Shown here: positions 13,009 to 26,755 of the stretch, piece after piece | Layout: each line of letters starts with the position of its first letter | How positions within the stretch are numbered: position 1 is the first letter of the stretch | Assembly (NCBI RefSeq): GCF_006345805.1 | Contig: NC_042998.1 | Span: forward strand, 89,280,001 to 89,344,000 | Reading direction: 5' to 3' | Length of the DNA: 64,000 nt | From: Octopus sinensis | Lineage: Eukaryota | Made by a program: the position numbers and the translations under genes | Notes under the pieces: generated by a model | Database searches by the model: none | What the model was told of the DNA's origin: nothing | What the model saw: only the letters and a program-made list of their open reading frames with translations

Positions 13009-13324
13009 TATATATAAATATATGTATATATACATATATACATATATATCGTATTAATACAGGTCAGGAGAACGAAAATTTTCCTCATCTATAATTTCAT
13101 TATAATAAAAATATAGTTGTAGAAAATCTCCATTCTCCTGACCTTTATTATTATTTACTCTACGGTGTCCCGGAAAGATACTCGGATTTACCAAGCGAGG
13201 ATAACCAGTCTAACTACTTGTTACCAACATTCACTGTGGCTAGCCGGCATTGAAAACCGATTTGAGAGAAAACACGCTAACCGCCAGGATTATATATCAT
13301 TTTGAAACCATTTATATATATATA

Positions 13325-13492
13325 CCACAAGCTTCTTTCAGTTTCCCCTCTACCAAATCCACGCACAAGGCTTTGGTTTGTCCGAGGCTACCGTAGAAAA
13401 CACTAGAACCACAAGTTACTACATAGAGATACTGAACCCAGAATCATGTAGTTTCGAAATTTAGAAGCAAATTGTTTACCGTGCCTTCACCT
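13325..13492 (-). mobile_element. SINE family A, 5' half, decayed
   Basis: CTTCTTTCAGTTTCC..CTACCAAATCCAC..CAAGGCTTTGGT matches the other family A copies. Confidence 0.7.
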
Positions 13493-13495
13493 ATG

Positions 13496-13580
<85 letters not shown>

Positions 13581-13670
13581 GGTGTGTGTGGGTGTGTGTG
13601 GGTGTGTGTGTGTGTGTATGAGAAAGAGAGAGATGACAAAGGAATAAATCATTGTCTTATGAACTTCATT

Positions 13671-13740
13671 AGCTTGCAGCTGTTTCTGCTATAGGATACA
13701 GAGTGCCTGAATGACACCTTATAGCTTCATATGAGTCTCG
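13671..13740 (-). ncRNA. Highly degenerate HHR-like motif
   Basis: Minus strand CATATGA-AGCTATAAGG..CCTATAGCA-GAAA-CAGCTG-CA. Stem II and palindromic stem III are present, core and cleavage triplet are mutated. Confidence 0.4.
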
Positions 13741-15109
13741 AATACTAGTGCAATTTATTTGGGTAAGAATTACACTTGTGCCTATATAAAGAACGGCGTC
13801 GAAAGCGGAGGATAATCATCCGATCACTGATAGCTTTCTCCAACACGTGTACAAGTTGGTAGTATAGATATACTGACAATAGCTTGCAGGGATTTCCTCT
13901 TACTAGCGAATCTACAACGATTGGAGGAATGGAATGGAATAGCAACGACAATATAGTGCTGGACTAATTAAATGTTTCACATCAAATACCATGTTTTTTC
14001 TCAATAGGGCCAACTTTGCTTTTTTCTCTTTCTTAGAGATATGCCATCGGGTATTTTATATCAAATTTACATATTCCTTTAGATGTGTGGCGTTGTTCTA
14101 ATGTAAGTAATTTTGATAATAATGATGTATTAGAAGATAACAACAATGGCTAAAGGACGCTCATTTTACTTTGTTCATGAATTCGGTTTCGTATCAAATT
14201 TTCTTCTATAAATTTTGATAGCCGTTCGTATTACTTTCTGACTTCTAAAGGTACAACTTCAGTATCCCACGTTACCAGCGTTTGTGTGTGTTTGTGTGTG
14301 TTTGTGTGTGTTTATGTGCGTGTGTGAGTATATGTATGTGTGTATGTGTGTGTGCGACAGAAAGAAAGCAAACGGCCGGCCCTTTTATTGTTGCTTTGAA
14401 CTGAATGCCACGACAAATAATAAACAAGATGCAGGGAGTGGACTTTTTTTCCAGACTATATTATTTTTGTCTGCCCGTTTCTTCTCTTCTTATGTTATGT
14501 CATTAATGTCATTTCATTTGATGTTATTTGTTCTCTAAAAATAAGAAATATATTAAAAAAAGAAAAGATCAATTACAGAGTTAGCCATTGCAAATAGGCT
14601 TGATTAACGATCCGGTAACTTCAGCTAAGTAATATAACTTTCTATGTAAGGTCTTGGGCACCAGTTGATCTTTCAAACTAATAACAAGGGTAGTAGGATA
14701 GTAGAATCGTTAGAACTTCATGTTTTGAGTTCAAATGATACCGACGTTAGTTTTGGCTTTTCATTCCTCCAAGTGCAATAAAATGAAGTACCCATCAAGT
14801 ACTGTGGTTTATTAGCTAAAGAGTTGAAATTCCTAGATATATCTTCTTTATTATGCTGATGCTTTAAGAGCGGATGAGGGTGTAAACTCCAACACGTGCA
14901 GTATTTCTGCAGTTGATGCTGATGTTGCCGAGATAGAAATTTTGACGGTTACAGACTGAATCACGACATCATTTATGATACAATGTTGATAGTTTGTGTG
15001 CAGACGATTTATACGTAGCACAGCTGCAATTCATTGTTAGTAATATTATGTGGTCAATTCTTTTTGAAAATGCTTCAGCATTCTGAATACAGGGATCCTA
15101 GCAATGCAA

Positions 15110-15300
15110 TAGGGCAGCAAACAGACAGAACCGTCAGAGCATCGGAGAAAATGCTTCGTGACATTTGTTCCGACTTCTTACATTCTCAGTTCAAGTCCTG
15201 ACGAGTTCAACTTTAAAGTACTGTTGAAATACAGGGGCGAATGGCGTCGTCTTATCCCTCACATTAACATTGCTGGCCTTGTACCTAGATCGCAGACCAT
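15110..15300 (+). mobile_element. Decayed SINE family B copy
   Basis: CAGAACCGTCAGAGCATCGGAGAAAATGCTT..TCTCAGTTCAAGTCCTGACGAGTTCAACTTT resembles 18181-18406. Similar relics at ~14690-14810, 19210-19390, 19750-19885(-), 36400-36560 and 59605-59750(-). Confidence 0.55.
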
Positions 15301-17612
15301 TACCGCTAGTGAATAAATTATCACTGCCGGCACTGCTGCTGCTGCTACTACCACAGCTCGAAGCACCTCAAGCTCAGTCCCTAGCCCAAAATTAATTTAT
15401 TATTGCCCTTAAAACAATTTCGCCTTTCATGCAATGTGCAAAATGTTTAATTTTACGTTTAACATTTTACAAATATAATTTTTTTTATTGCTTGATTGCT
15501 TGACGGATTTTGTTTACTTTTATTTATCAAAGAGTTTAATGAAAACTCTTACTTTACCAAAATATGTAATCACTAATCACCATTTAACAGTCCTTTTTAA
15601 CTGCCGAGAGTGTCACTACCACATTGTAGCACCCGATTGAACTTTGATTTTATATAATTTTTATTCTAATCGCACTAAAAAAAGATCAAACGTTTAACCC
15701 TATTCCCCCAAGATATTCACAAACTGTAGACACAACTCTTTCCTTCTTTTATATATAATTTTCAGCTGTACTGAAAATTATGAGGAAATTGGTATAATTG
15801 ACTGTTAAAAGATATTAAGGTATAGTTGAATGTAAAAAGATACTGAGATACTAAGGTAAGTAGAGAGAGAAAAAAGAAAAAATATTGTTTTTTTTTTGTT
15901 GCATCATAGTTTTAATTGTGCTGCTAATGCATGAAACATATAATATTCCGTTTTGTAAAAAAACACAAAATATTATGTCATTAATAACAATATAATTTAA
16001 CGAAACTATTCTTAAGAAGAGTTATCTATTCACCAGAACAGATCATGTAACTTGTTGGGGTGAATAATTGTATAAAGTGTTTTAAGTGGAGTTTAACCTA
16101 CTTTAAATTCACGTAAGCACAGCATACTCAAGTATCTACGTCATCTTACCCATATCATCTTTCCTCACGGTATCATATCATCACCATATGACCACATACA
16201 TAACCACACCATATATACGATTAATATATCCTGTTGTACTTACTATTTTCATCAATGAAAACGTTCAATCGACAAGATTTTGTAATATTTAACCATACTA
16301 AAACAAAAATGTTACTCCATTCTTTTAACAAAGACAGACTTCATTACGCTCCTAAGTCTCATGAGCAATTACCAACATAGAATGTTTCTCTAAATCATAT
16401 TAAAAATTACCATCTTCATCGATCGCTTCTTTAAGTTCCATATACTCAACACTACTATCACTGCAATTCTTATCATTGGAATCAGTATTCGTAAAAATGT
16501 AATTCATCTGTTTATTGTTTGTCATTTTAATTTCCACACAAAATATAACGAATTTTACCTCAATTGAAGTCGACACATTATATCTGTGTTTCTGTCATAT
16601 ACAGCACATTGTCTTTCTCTTTGAAAATTTAGACCAAACATTGATTATAAAATTCCACTTTGATAACTGGTAGATAACGTTCAATGAAATCCCTCGCCAG
16701 GCAAACTTACCCACTTTGTGCTACTTTTCAACTTGGAACATCTTCTACAAATGTGATACCCCATCTTCTCGGACGCAACAGCATAAACAATATTCTTGCA
16801 TGCAGAACGTGACATGACACAAGTTTTGTGTTTTTTCGAAGTGCATTTTTGATTTTTATCAATAAAAATACGATATTTAAAATATAGGATATTCTTCATT
16901 ATTCATTCGTTGATTGCGATCGCCGTACCTAAGAACCTTGTGTTTTTAGTTGATATGTACTATACAAAATGAAACGACAATGATTAATCATCAGGTGCCA
17001 ACATAAAAGGCGGATGGTTGAATCGCCTTTTTTAATGTTGGAGTTTCATGTTTTGTTTTTATTTCTTCTTTTTCTTTAGTTCTAACTTTTAGCTTTGCAT
17101 AAAGTTTTTATCATTTCTTTCCGACGTGTTATATTTATTTAGCTTTTCCTAATAATTATTTTTCTTATATTTCATTGAAAATCAACTCTCATGGTTGAAC
17201 AGCGGTAGCTTACTTACATACGACGATAAATAAATACACTAACTCACACTTTGGTATCTGATGTATTATATTTCTTATTATTTGGGAGTGTTGGATTGCT
17301 TCAATAAAGAAACCTCTTTCTTGTTTTCGATCTTAATGTTACTCATAAAAAAACTGAATAACATACACTTCAGCATAAAAACAAATACACCGAGATTTAT
17401 GTATCTGTGCATATTATATGCAATAAAATACGTGTTTTATGAGTGGCTGTGTGTGCGTGTGTCGGTAATTTGGCAATATAGGCTATTAGGTAACGCTGTC
17501 TTTAAATATAATGTACCATATATTAGCTTAAAGGTAAGACATACGGATTTCGGTGTGTAAAGAACACTTTTAAAAATAACTTTACTTCACTTTCGTGTAT
17601 TGTTTGTGCGAA

Positions 17613-17800
17613 TGAATATGGCTCAGTGGTTAGGATAGTGGGTAGTTGCAAAGTCGTTGTTTTCATGTTCAGACTGGGCGAACGACGCTTTGAGTCATTG
17701 AGCAAAACACTCTATTTCACGTTCCTCCGATCCACTCAGATGAAGGTGAGGGCCTAGTAACCTCAGTGACATATATGCTGTGGAAAATATTGCAGGATCC
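17613..17800 (+). mobile_element. Decayed tRNA-derived SINE (different family)
   Basis: A-box-like TGGCTCAGTGGTTAG followed by TTGAGCAAAACACT..CCACTCAG, typical of SINE central domains. Confidence 0.45.
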
Positions 17801-17999
17801 GGCCTTATGAGCATGTAGGGCCGTGACATATCCAAGCCTAATATTGCTTATACTGAATTATATTAGCGAAAGGTTTTAACAATGCTAATTGAATAATAAC
17901 AACACAGAACTCCATGTTGCAAACCTTGAGACTATCATTACTTGATACTCATTTTACAACAGTGTACAATAAATTTACCAACAGAAAAGACTTTTCCAC

Positions 18000-18180
<181 letters not shown>

Positions 18181-18406
18181 GGCGAGATGGCAGAAGCGTT
18201 AGCGCACTGGGCGAAATGCTTAGCGGTATTTCGTCTGTCGTTACGTTCTGAGTTCAAATTCCGCCGAGGTCGACTTTGCCTTTCATCCTTTCGGGGTCGA
18301 TAAATTAAGTACCAGTTACGCACTGGGGTTGATGTAATCAACTTAATCCCTTTGTCTGTCCTTGTTTGTCCCCTCTATGTTTAGCCCCTTGTGGGCAGTA
18401 AAGAAA
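18181..18406 (+). mobile_element. tRNA-derived SINE family B, well preserved
   Basis: A-box TGGCAGAAGCGTTAG, B-box GAGTTCAAATTCC, central CTTTCATCCTTTCGGGGTCGATAAA domain, tail CCCTTGTGGGCAGTAAAGAAAT. Confidence 0.85.
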
Positions 18407-18547
18407 TATATATATATATATATATATAGATAGATAGATAGATAGATAGTTAGATAGACAGACAGACAGAGAGAGAGAGAGAGAGAGGGAGATAGATAGA
18501 TAGAGGAATTATGCGGCGGTATGGAATACTTCCATTTTCTTCACTAA

Positions 18548-18583
<36 letters not shown>

Positions 18584-20466
18584 ATGTGGTGTGTGTGTGT
18601 ATGTATGATGTGGTGCTTGTGTGTGTATATGATGTGGTGCGTGCGGGTCTGTGTGTATGCACAGAGGTGTGCCAAGAGTTCAACGAATTATGTCGCATCA
18701 ATAGAATCTAGTGTATTAATAGTTTTTTCTTTTACCCTAAAATACAAATCATATTTTCATTTAATTGTTAAAAGTAGAATACTGATACTCATTTTCCTGA
18801 CTTGTTATTTTCTCATTTGCTGTTGATTCTATTACATAATACTTGTATTCATAGTCTATTGTTTCGAATATATAGTAATCTCTATTGCTAACGTGTGTTG
18901 TGTTAACTGATAATTTAGCTGACCAGTTATGAAATATTTCGACCGTATATATACCTATATATTGCTTGTATACAAATCAGTAATTTTACTTTTTTCAATT
19001 AGGATAGCTTCAAAAATTTCTCAAGGGTATATTTATTAATTTTTTTTATGTGTGTGTTGTATCAGAGAAACAGTTATTTTGTAGATATATACAAATGAAT
19101 CATACATTTGCAGGTTTTCCATCTCATGATGGTTGAGACTTTATTGGCTACCGCTTAATTACAATTGACTCTGATTAGTGTTTAATGGTTGTATCGATAT
19201 ACTTTCAGGAAAACATCAAGCACTTAGTATCTACATCGTTTTACGTTTATCAGTTTCAATTTCGTCAGCTTTCACCTTTTATTTAATCCTTTAAGAGTCG
19301 ATACAACGTGTAACAGTGATATATTAAAAATGATTTAATCAACTTTGCCTTTCCCCTAAATATATATCCGTGTGCATATGCAAAAGAATCCCCATTACCC
19401 TGGCTATATTTTGATTTCTTACATAGTTATAACGCTAGAAAGTTCTATGAAGATATACTCGATTATGTGAAAACCAGTACTTGAATAGTACTTTTTTTTT
19501 ATCTATGCTAGAAGTGATTGTAAAGGCTCAACTCCAGAAAGCTTGGGGTGGAGTTAGTCAGTCAAGACGCGTGAAGTACTTAATTGAAAATTTTCTTTTT
19601 TAGGCGCCAGGTGGATGAAATGTGAAGTTTACGTTAACGGAATTTTAACTAAGAATGAAAACAACCGTATTAATCGCAGACCATTCCACCAAGACCTTGA
19701 CTATTCAGCCAATTTATCGTCTTTAGTATTACTATATACATAGTTTCTAATTCAGATATAAGGCCAGCATATATGAGGGTGAGGTATTAGTCGATACCTC
19801 GATTAATATTTGACTGGTACCTTTTTTTATCGACATCGAAAGGGTAAAAGGTGAAGTTGACTTCGGCTGGATTTGGACTGAAAACACCCCCCCCCCCAAA
19901 AAAAAAACAGAAATCCAAAGCTTAAGAAATTTACTTTTGTCCTCTTTCTTTAGTAAAACAGCTTTCTGAATATTTATTTATATTTGCTTTTAGTACATTA
20001 ATCACAGAAATGTGTAACTTTAGTTTCATATAAAATGTAAGTACTGAGAAGTCGGTGAAATAGAAAGGTATATCAGACTACACAATGGAATGAAGAATGT
20101 AGTTAGTTAAGTAGAGTGTTTATCTATGAACAATAAGAAGCCCTTTAGATTCACAGTTGCTTACGGATGTGAATATATTCCCCAGCAAAGAGAAATGAAT
20201 CAGAATATAATAGTTACTTTAAGTAGATTCAGCCTGAATAATTCCTTTGTCATTGCCAACCGAGTAATAATAATAAGGAAGTGAGGTAGTTGCCAATAGT
20301 TATATTGTAAACGTTTTGACTAATATGTAAAATGTGTAAGACAGGATAGAATTATTTGTTAGCATTCTAGAACTGCAGGGTTGCGATCATACATACATAC
20401 ATACATACATACATACATACATACATACATACATACATACATACATGCATACATATATAGATGTAT

Positions 20467-20507
<41 letters not shown>

Positions 20508-20639
20508 TATTAATATATTCATGTAAGTATATATATGTGCGCGCGCACACACACACTCTCACACACGCACATACACACATACACACACACATACACACAC
20601 ACACGCACACATATATATACGCATGCATCTCATAATGCT

Positions 20640-21660
20640 GTACCGAATGTAATGCAACAGTGGGTATAACTTTCCTTTAATAACTGACGTTTTGTCAAAA
20701 TTACAAATGATGCTGAACTTTTCTTTTCTTTTTCTTTAGCTGCTGATGAATAATGAGTTACTAGCAAAAATAGCTGCCGTAACTGAGTTTTTGATGAATG
20801 GCGGGTGTACGTTTCTCGACATCCACATAATATTATAGGTCATTTCGTGAGATTCCATCATTGGCAAGACCAATGATAAAGGAGAGAAACTAGCATTATA
20901 GACAAATTACTCTTTGAGAGACAATCAACGTCGACCATTGACATGATTCGCTAGCGAGTGGACGAAATTATAAGCAGGGACAGACGAATATCTACCTGCC
21001 AGCTTGCTGTATAACTGAGGTCACATTACAGAAGATGTGGAAGAGTTTAGGCATCAGAAAGTATGCGTAAAGTCGGTACCGATGAAGCTGACATCCTATT
21101 TGAGAGATGAGTAGATGTCTACTCAGATCAGCTAGAAATGTTCGAAGCAATTGAATACACGTTTTTCCGATCTGGTGACAGGGGATGAAGCGTAGGCGTA
21201 TCTTTATGACAGAGGCTCATGCCAGGGAATGGCATTGCTCCTCTTCTGCAAGGCCTAAAATGTCCAAGAACTAGAGATTAGCACAGAAAGTCATAGCGAC
21301 ACCTTGATAGAAGACAAGGGAGTCATTCCATGTGATTTCCGAGAATGTGGATCTGCTGTGAACAACGAGCAGTACCCTGAGACACTCAAAGAGATTAATG
21401 AAGCCATTAGGAGGAATTCTACCGGTTCGATCCGATGAGGGACAGTCTTTGGAAACAACAATTTGATTGCACAGATTAGGTTAAAGCGGCTGTGAAAAAG
21501 TGTACACAGCAGTGCACGTCTGGAATTTTTTATCGCTGATTCAACGGTAGTTCGAATGCATTGCTTGCGATGAAGAGTATATGGAGTAGTACATTTGTCT
21601 TAGAAAAAAGAATACTCAACCCATATGTGCACTGCACTTATGTAATTTGAACGGCCTATG
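20640..21660 (+). mobile_element. Old mariner relic
   Basis: Remnant LVTGDEA*AYLYD (~21172-21210) is the mariner first catalytic D motif. Many stops, ends approximate. Confidence 0.6.
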
Positions 21661-22580
21661 TCAGTTATTAAAAAAATTATGTGAATATATAAATACTATG
21701 TGTGTGTATGTGTGTGAATACTTGTGTACATTTGTGTGTGGGTGAATTGTTTGACTGTATGTAGGACATCGACAATTAATAGGGTCTTGTAATATTTCTT
21801 TTTTTAATCTTTATTAAACACTAAATATTTATTTACATTTTGTAAAGAAGGGCACATATTGCTATTATGAAAAGTTAACTGTGTCGCCATTATTAAGCAT
21901 AAGGAAAATATGCTATAGAGAAAAAGAGGGCGGGTGAAGAAAGAAATTGAAAGCTTCTGGTCACGAAATACAAATCTAACCATTTGTTAATAAAATTATA
22001 CATAGTTAATTAAGCGTAGCCTGGTTTAATCATGAAAATCTTAGAATGACTGGAATTCGTATTACTATGACTTATTTTTGTCTTAAACATAATGATTACT
22101 TCAAGTATATAATTAAAGTTACTAATAAATGATTGCTTAGAAAAAAGTGTTTGTACTCTGTGCGTCAATTCAACCGATATTTCCTTAATAAATAAAGTGA
22201 AGTCTTTTCTTTTTCTCAGTTGGCTTATGAATTATTACACGAATAGCTGTTGCTGCTTTTTTGGGGGTTTATTTGTTTAGAGGATTATGCACTTTTAAAA
22301 TATGACACTTCAACTTTTTTTACTAAGACTGATATTAATGCAATGTCATAAAATATAAATAACCTCGTCGGAAACTTCTGTAGACGACCAAGTTACTTAT
22401 ATTCTGCTTTCTGTTGATTGGATATATATATATATATATAATATAATATATATATATATAATATATCTCATATATATATGTAGTTGTGGTGTGTGTGTGT
22501 GGTGGTGTGTGTGTGTATTATATGTCTATACATGCGTATATATACATATATATATATGCACACACACACTTATACATACA

Positions 22581-22618
<38 letters not shown>

Positions 22619-22624
22619 ATAATA

Positions 22625-23378
22625 TATATATTAAATTAGAGATAAAACCACTATTAGGCAAATCAAACAGTGAAAAACATAAACCAAAACATAGAAATTA
22701 AATTAATTAATATAATATACAAAAATATAAAAATATAAAATTCAAAATTTAAATTATTTAAATTTAAAGTTAAAATTTAAATTTTTTTTTTAAATTATTA
22801 ATTTATACTTTTATTTTTTGTTGTTTTTTTAATATATATAATTATAAAAAAGTATTAAAAAGTTTAATATAAGATAAAAAGTAAAACCACTACGATCGTT
22901 TCATGGCCATAACCTAATTCGAATAACAATAATTTAGATTCAATTAATAATTCGAATTATGGTTATAGTCAATCTTCAGGTTAATGATAATATTTAAATA
23001 AATAATCAAATATATTTAAACAATATTTTTTAAAGAAATAAATAAAATAATAATTTTTCTTATAAAAAACTCTATTATCAAACTAGAAACTTTAACGATT
23101 ATGATTATGTCATACAATCGATTATAATGTTAAATATTAATTTTTAAGTATTAAGTTTTAAGGTAAGAATAGATAGAAAATGTATTTATCTATTCAGATA
23201 TAATATGGCTTTAAAGACACATAATAAAGCCACAAATAATCTAATCTCAATTATAGTCAATATCTAATTACCTAAATATTTAACAAAAAAAAAATAAATT
23301 TATTTCTATGTTTTGGTTTATGCTTTTTACTGTTTGATTTGCATAATAGTGGTTTTATCTCTAATTTAATATATATAT
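22625..23378 (-). mobile_element. AT-rich HHR-bearing element with ~85-bp inverted ends (PLE-derived)
   Basis: TATATATTAAATTAGAGATAAAACCACTATTA..CATAGAAAT at 22625-22705 is inverted at ~23297-23378. Internal HHR on the minus strand. Confidence 0.75.
22885..22986 (-). ncRNA. Type I HHR-like motif with long stem II
   Basis: Minus strand AC-CTGAAGA-TTGACTATAACCATAATTCGAAT..ATTCGAATTAGGTTATGGCCAT-GAAA-CGATCG-TA-GT. Core intact, palindromic stem III, weak stem I. Confidence 0.65.
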
Positions 23379-23444
23379 TTATACTGTAAAATTAGATTTA
23401 ATCCCAAATCTAATTTTTCCCTGTAAGTTTGGATTTACTCCTAA

Positions 23445-23514
<70 letters not shown>

Positions 23515-23884
23515 TATATACATAGAGAGAGAGAGAGAGAGAGAGAGAATATTCTGGAGAATAAATAGTGAAATGAAAGAAGAGATTGTGGGGCTTTTTC
23601 GTTATTGATCCGCATTCTTTCATTTATTTTCTTGACAGTACTAAACGTAGATTCCCGTTTCAAATAAGAATTTACGGACACTAAACAAACAAGATGGTGT
23701 TAACGAAAATAGGATTGTTTTTCAATTGAATATGTGATATATGCTCTCATGAAATGAGTGAATCAGAGCAAAATCGTTGGGATGATAGACGTTAGGGATG
23801 TCATTGAAAATAAATATTCAAGAGAATCAACATATTATTTGAACGCAGGAAATTTAAATCGAAGCAAATAATGTAGATATTGTT

Positions 23885-24750
23885 CGAGGTGTATATAATG
23901 TATATAAAAGTTCCAGAACTAGTTCTGTAGCGTGCCAAGAGATGCCAGCACGCGGTTGCATGCACAATGAGAGCTAGCAGGGTCCTTCATGAGGCAGTGT
24001 GCTGGGTGACATTGCTGTGTTTACTTAGCAAGTTGTGAAATTTGTATTTTTGTGATCACATGTATATTGTAATCTGCAAGTTTTGTCATGGACAGGAATT
24101 TGGAACAAAGAGCCAACCTGAAATTTTCCGTTAAACTTGTTACGTCTGCTACAGAGACATTGGGCAGGCCTACAGTGATGAGGCAATGGGTCACACGCAA
24201 TGTTTCTAGTGGCACGGGCGCTTCAAAAGCAGAAAAACGTCTCTGGAAGACGATGAGCGATCTGGAAGACCTGCCACAATCATCACCCCGAGAAATGTAG
24301 AGAAAATTCATCGGTTTGTGCATGAGAATCGTCAGAAGACAATCAACAGCATTATAGATGTTGTTGGTCTGTTGTATGGGTCCGTATAGGCAGTCCTAAG
24401 ATCTGGATTCTTTACGACGTCAAATCGCTCTGTCACTGCACTCTCCTCACTCGTGAGTTTCTCGCCAAAAACATGGTGTTTCTTTTACACCCGCCTTATT
24501 AACCAGATTTAGCACCTACAGGCTTCCATCTCTTCATAAAAATGAAGCTCAAAAATCACAGTTTTAAGACCGTTGTCGAGATCGAGAGTGAATCAAAGAA
24601 GGTCCTCGACTTGCTCACGGAGTGGCAGGGAGGCTGGGACCGCTTGCACAAGTTGACTGTTTCGAAGGAGACGATATTAAAACTTTGGCAAATAAGTCTT
24701 TTCTTTTTATTAAACATAACTACTCTGGCAACTCTTTGATGTTACTTCGT
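23885..24750 (+). mobile_element. Internally deleted mariner transposon pseudogene
   Basis: EQRANLKFSVKL..SATET, WHGRFK..SLEDDERSGRP and HPPY*PDLAP motifs with frameshifts. Degenerate TIRs. Confidence 0.85.
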
Positions 24751-25268
24751 ACATCTACTCCCAAGTTCACAGTTACTTTTCATTGATTTTATTTCATTTA
24801 AAAATACAGGATAATATCAGGCAACCACTGAAATAGCTTTTTTTTTTGCATTACCTGAAAACATCGAAATTAATGTCATAAATCCATACTAATGATGCTG
24901 TGATTAGCTGCTTTGAATATTTAATCTCGAAATTCACTTAGTTATTCAGTAGCAGCGGTTAGGATGACATATATTTCAAATGTTCCATGCCAAACGACCC
25001 AATCAGAGAAATCAAATAAGATCTGTTTGGTTAGTTTAGAGCGTTTTTAAAGTCGTACCGTTAATTAATAGGAAGTATTTAACAGTTAAACCTGAGATAC
25101 TTAACTACTACATCCGGACATTGTTGCTTATATCGCTTACAAAGGCTTGTTCTTTGCTCTGTCTATTTACCACATATTAACCTCTTCCGGTTAGAGGCAC
25201 TTCAGTTGTAAAGTATACAATATACGTAGCTAAATAATAATTGTATTTTAAACAATGTAGCAATGTGC

Positions 25269-25371
<103 letters not shown>

Positions 25372-25483
25372 ATATTTATATATATATATTTATATATATG
25401 TAAATTTCTGTGAGTGTGTATGTGAATATTAACATATGTGAGAGGTGAGATGTATAGATGTGTGTCTGTGCATTCCTTTAATC

Positions 25484-25880
25484 TTCTATTCTTTTACTTG
25501 TTTCAGTCATTTGATTGCAGCCATGCTGTAGCACCGCCTTTAGTCGAACAAATCGACCCAGGACTTATTCTTTGTAAGCGTAGTACTTATTCTATCGGTC
25601 TCTTACCAAACCGCTAATTTACGGGGACATAAACACACCAACATCGGTTGTCAAGTGATGGTAGAGGGACAAACACAGACTCACAAACATACCCCACCAC
25701 CACATATATATATATATATACGACGGATTTTTTTCAGTTTCCGTCTACCAAATCCGCTCACAAGGCTTTGGTAGGTCTGAAGCTATAGTATAAGACATTT
25801 GCCCAAGGTGCCCGCAGTGAGACTGAACCCGAAACCATGTGGTTGGTGAGCCATCTACTTACTACACAGTTACGCGCATA
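25484..25880 (-). mobile_element. SINE family A, full length
   Basis: Colinear with the reverse complement of 51471-51892. Confidence 0.9.
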
Positions 25881-26322
25881 CATGTTCAGGGTTTACTTAC
25901 GACTTGCAATGATTGTTGATGTCGGAAACTGCAAAACTGTATCTAAAATCATTAGAGTTATGATTATGAATGCAGCAAAGAGATTAGCCAGAAAAATATT
26001 CACAGCTTGGTTGGGGAAAGAGTGTGTGACTCTATGTGTACTAGTGAATTTGAGGTGAGGAAACGCAGCTAAGTCAAGGAAAAAGAAAGAGTATGATGAA
26101 TTATTGGGTAATAATAGAATACTAAAAGACTCCATGCATTCATACACTTTAGTCCATGTAGATTTTGGAAAATGAATTAGGAAACTAGTAAATAAACAAT
26201 TAATCAGTTATTAATTGGGGTTAAGGGTGACTTAAAGAATTATTTCATTCCCCTATATATATAGTTATCTTTCCATGACGTCTAAAGCAATTAATGAGAA
26301 AAAAATCAAAGGTATGATCAAA

Positions 26323-26575
26323 CATACATACATACATGGAGGCTGTTTACTCCTTATACAGAGTTTGACCACCTCCTCTACCTATACCTTTGCACCATCA
26401 TGGCGTCTTATATGGATTTTAAAGCCAGACAATGTTCTGAAAAGACACCCACATAGACTGCACCTCTGATTTGGACCACCAAGACCTGCAGATAAGTTCT
26501 GCATTTTGTTGATCTTAACATGTCTTTTTAGCCCTCCGTTGGATTTGCAAACTTTCTGGCATACCGCGTGGTAAT
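26323..26575 (-). mobile_element. RTE-clade LINE 3' end (two C2H2-like fingers, 3' UTR, ATGT tail)
   Basis: CQKVCKSNGGLKRH..CSLCGCLFRTLSGFKIHIRRH, stop, short UTR, then (ATGT)n. Typical RTE C-terminus. Confidence 0.7.
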
Positions 26576-26688
26576 AAACTGGCATAACGCGTGGTGATAA
26601 ACTCGGCCTAAAGACCGGGACCTCGAAACCAAATGCAAGTCACAGAAATTAATTCATGATGCTTATATAGTATATAATTGTGTGTATG

Positions 26689-26755
<67 letters not shown>

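Noticed and set aside
26382-26585. Host C2H2 zinc-finger gene (family expanded in octopus)
   Set aside because: No TGEKP linkers, and it is followed by an RTE-like 3' UTR and microsatellite tail. Better explained as a LINE end.
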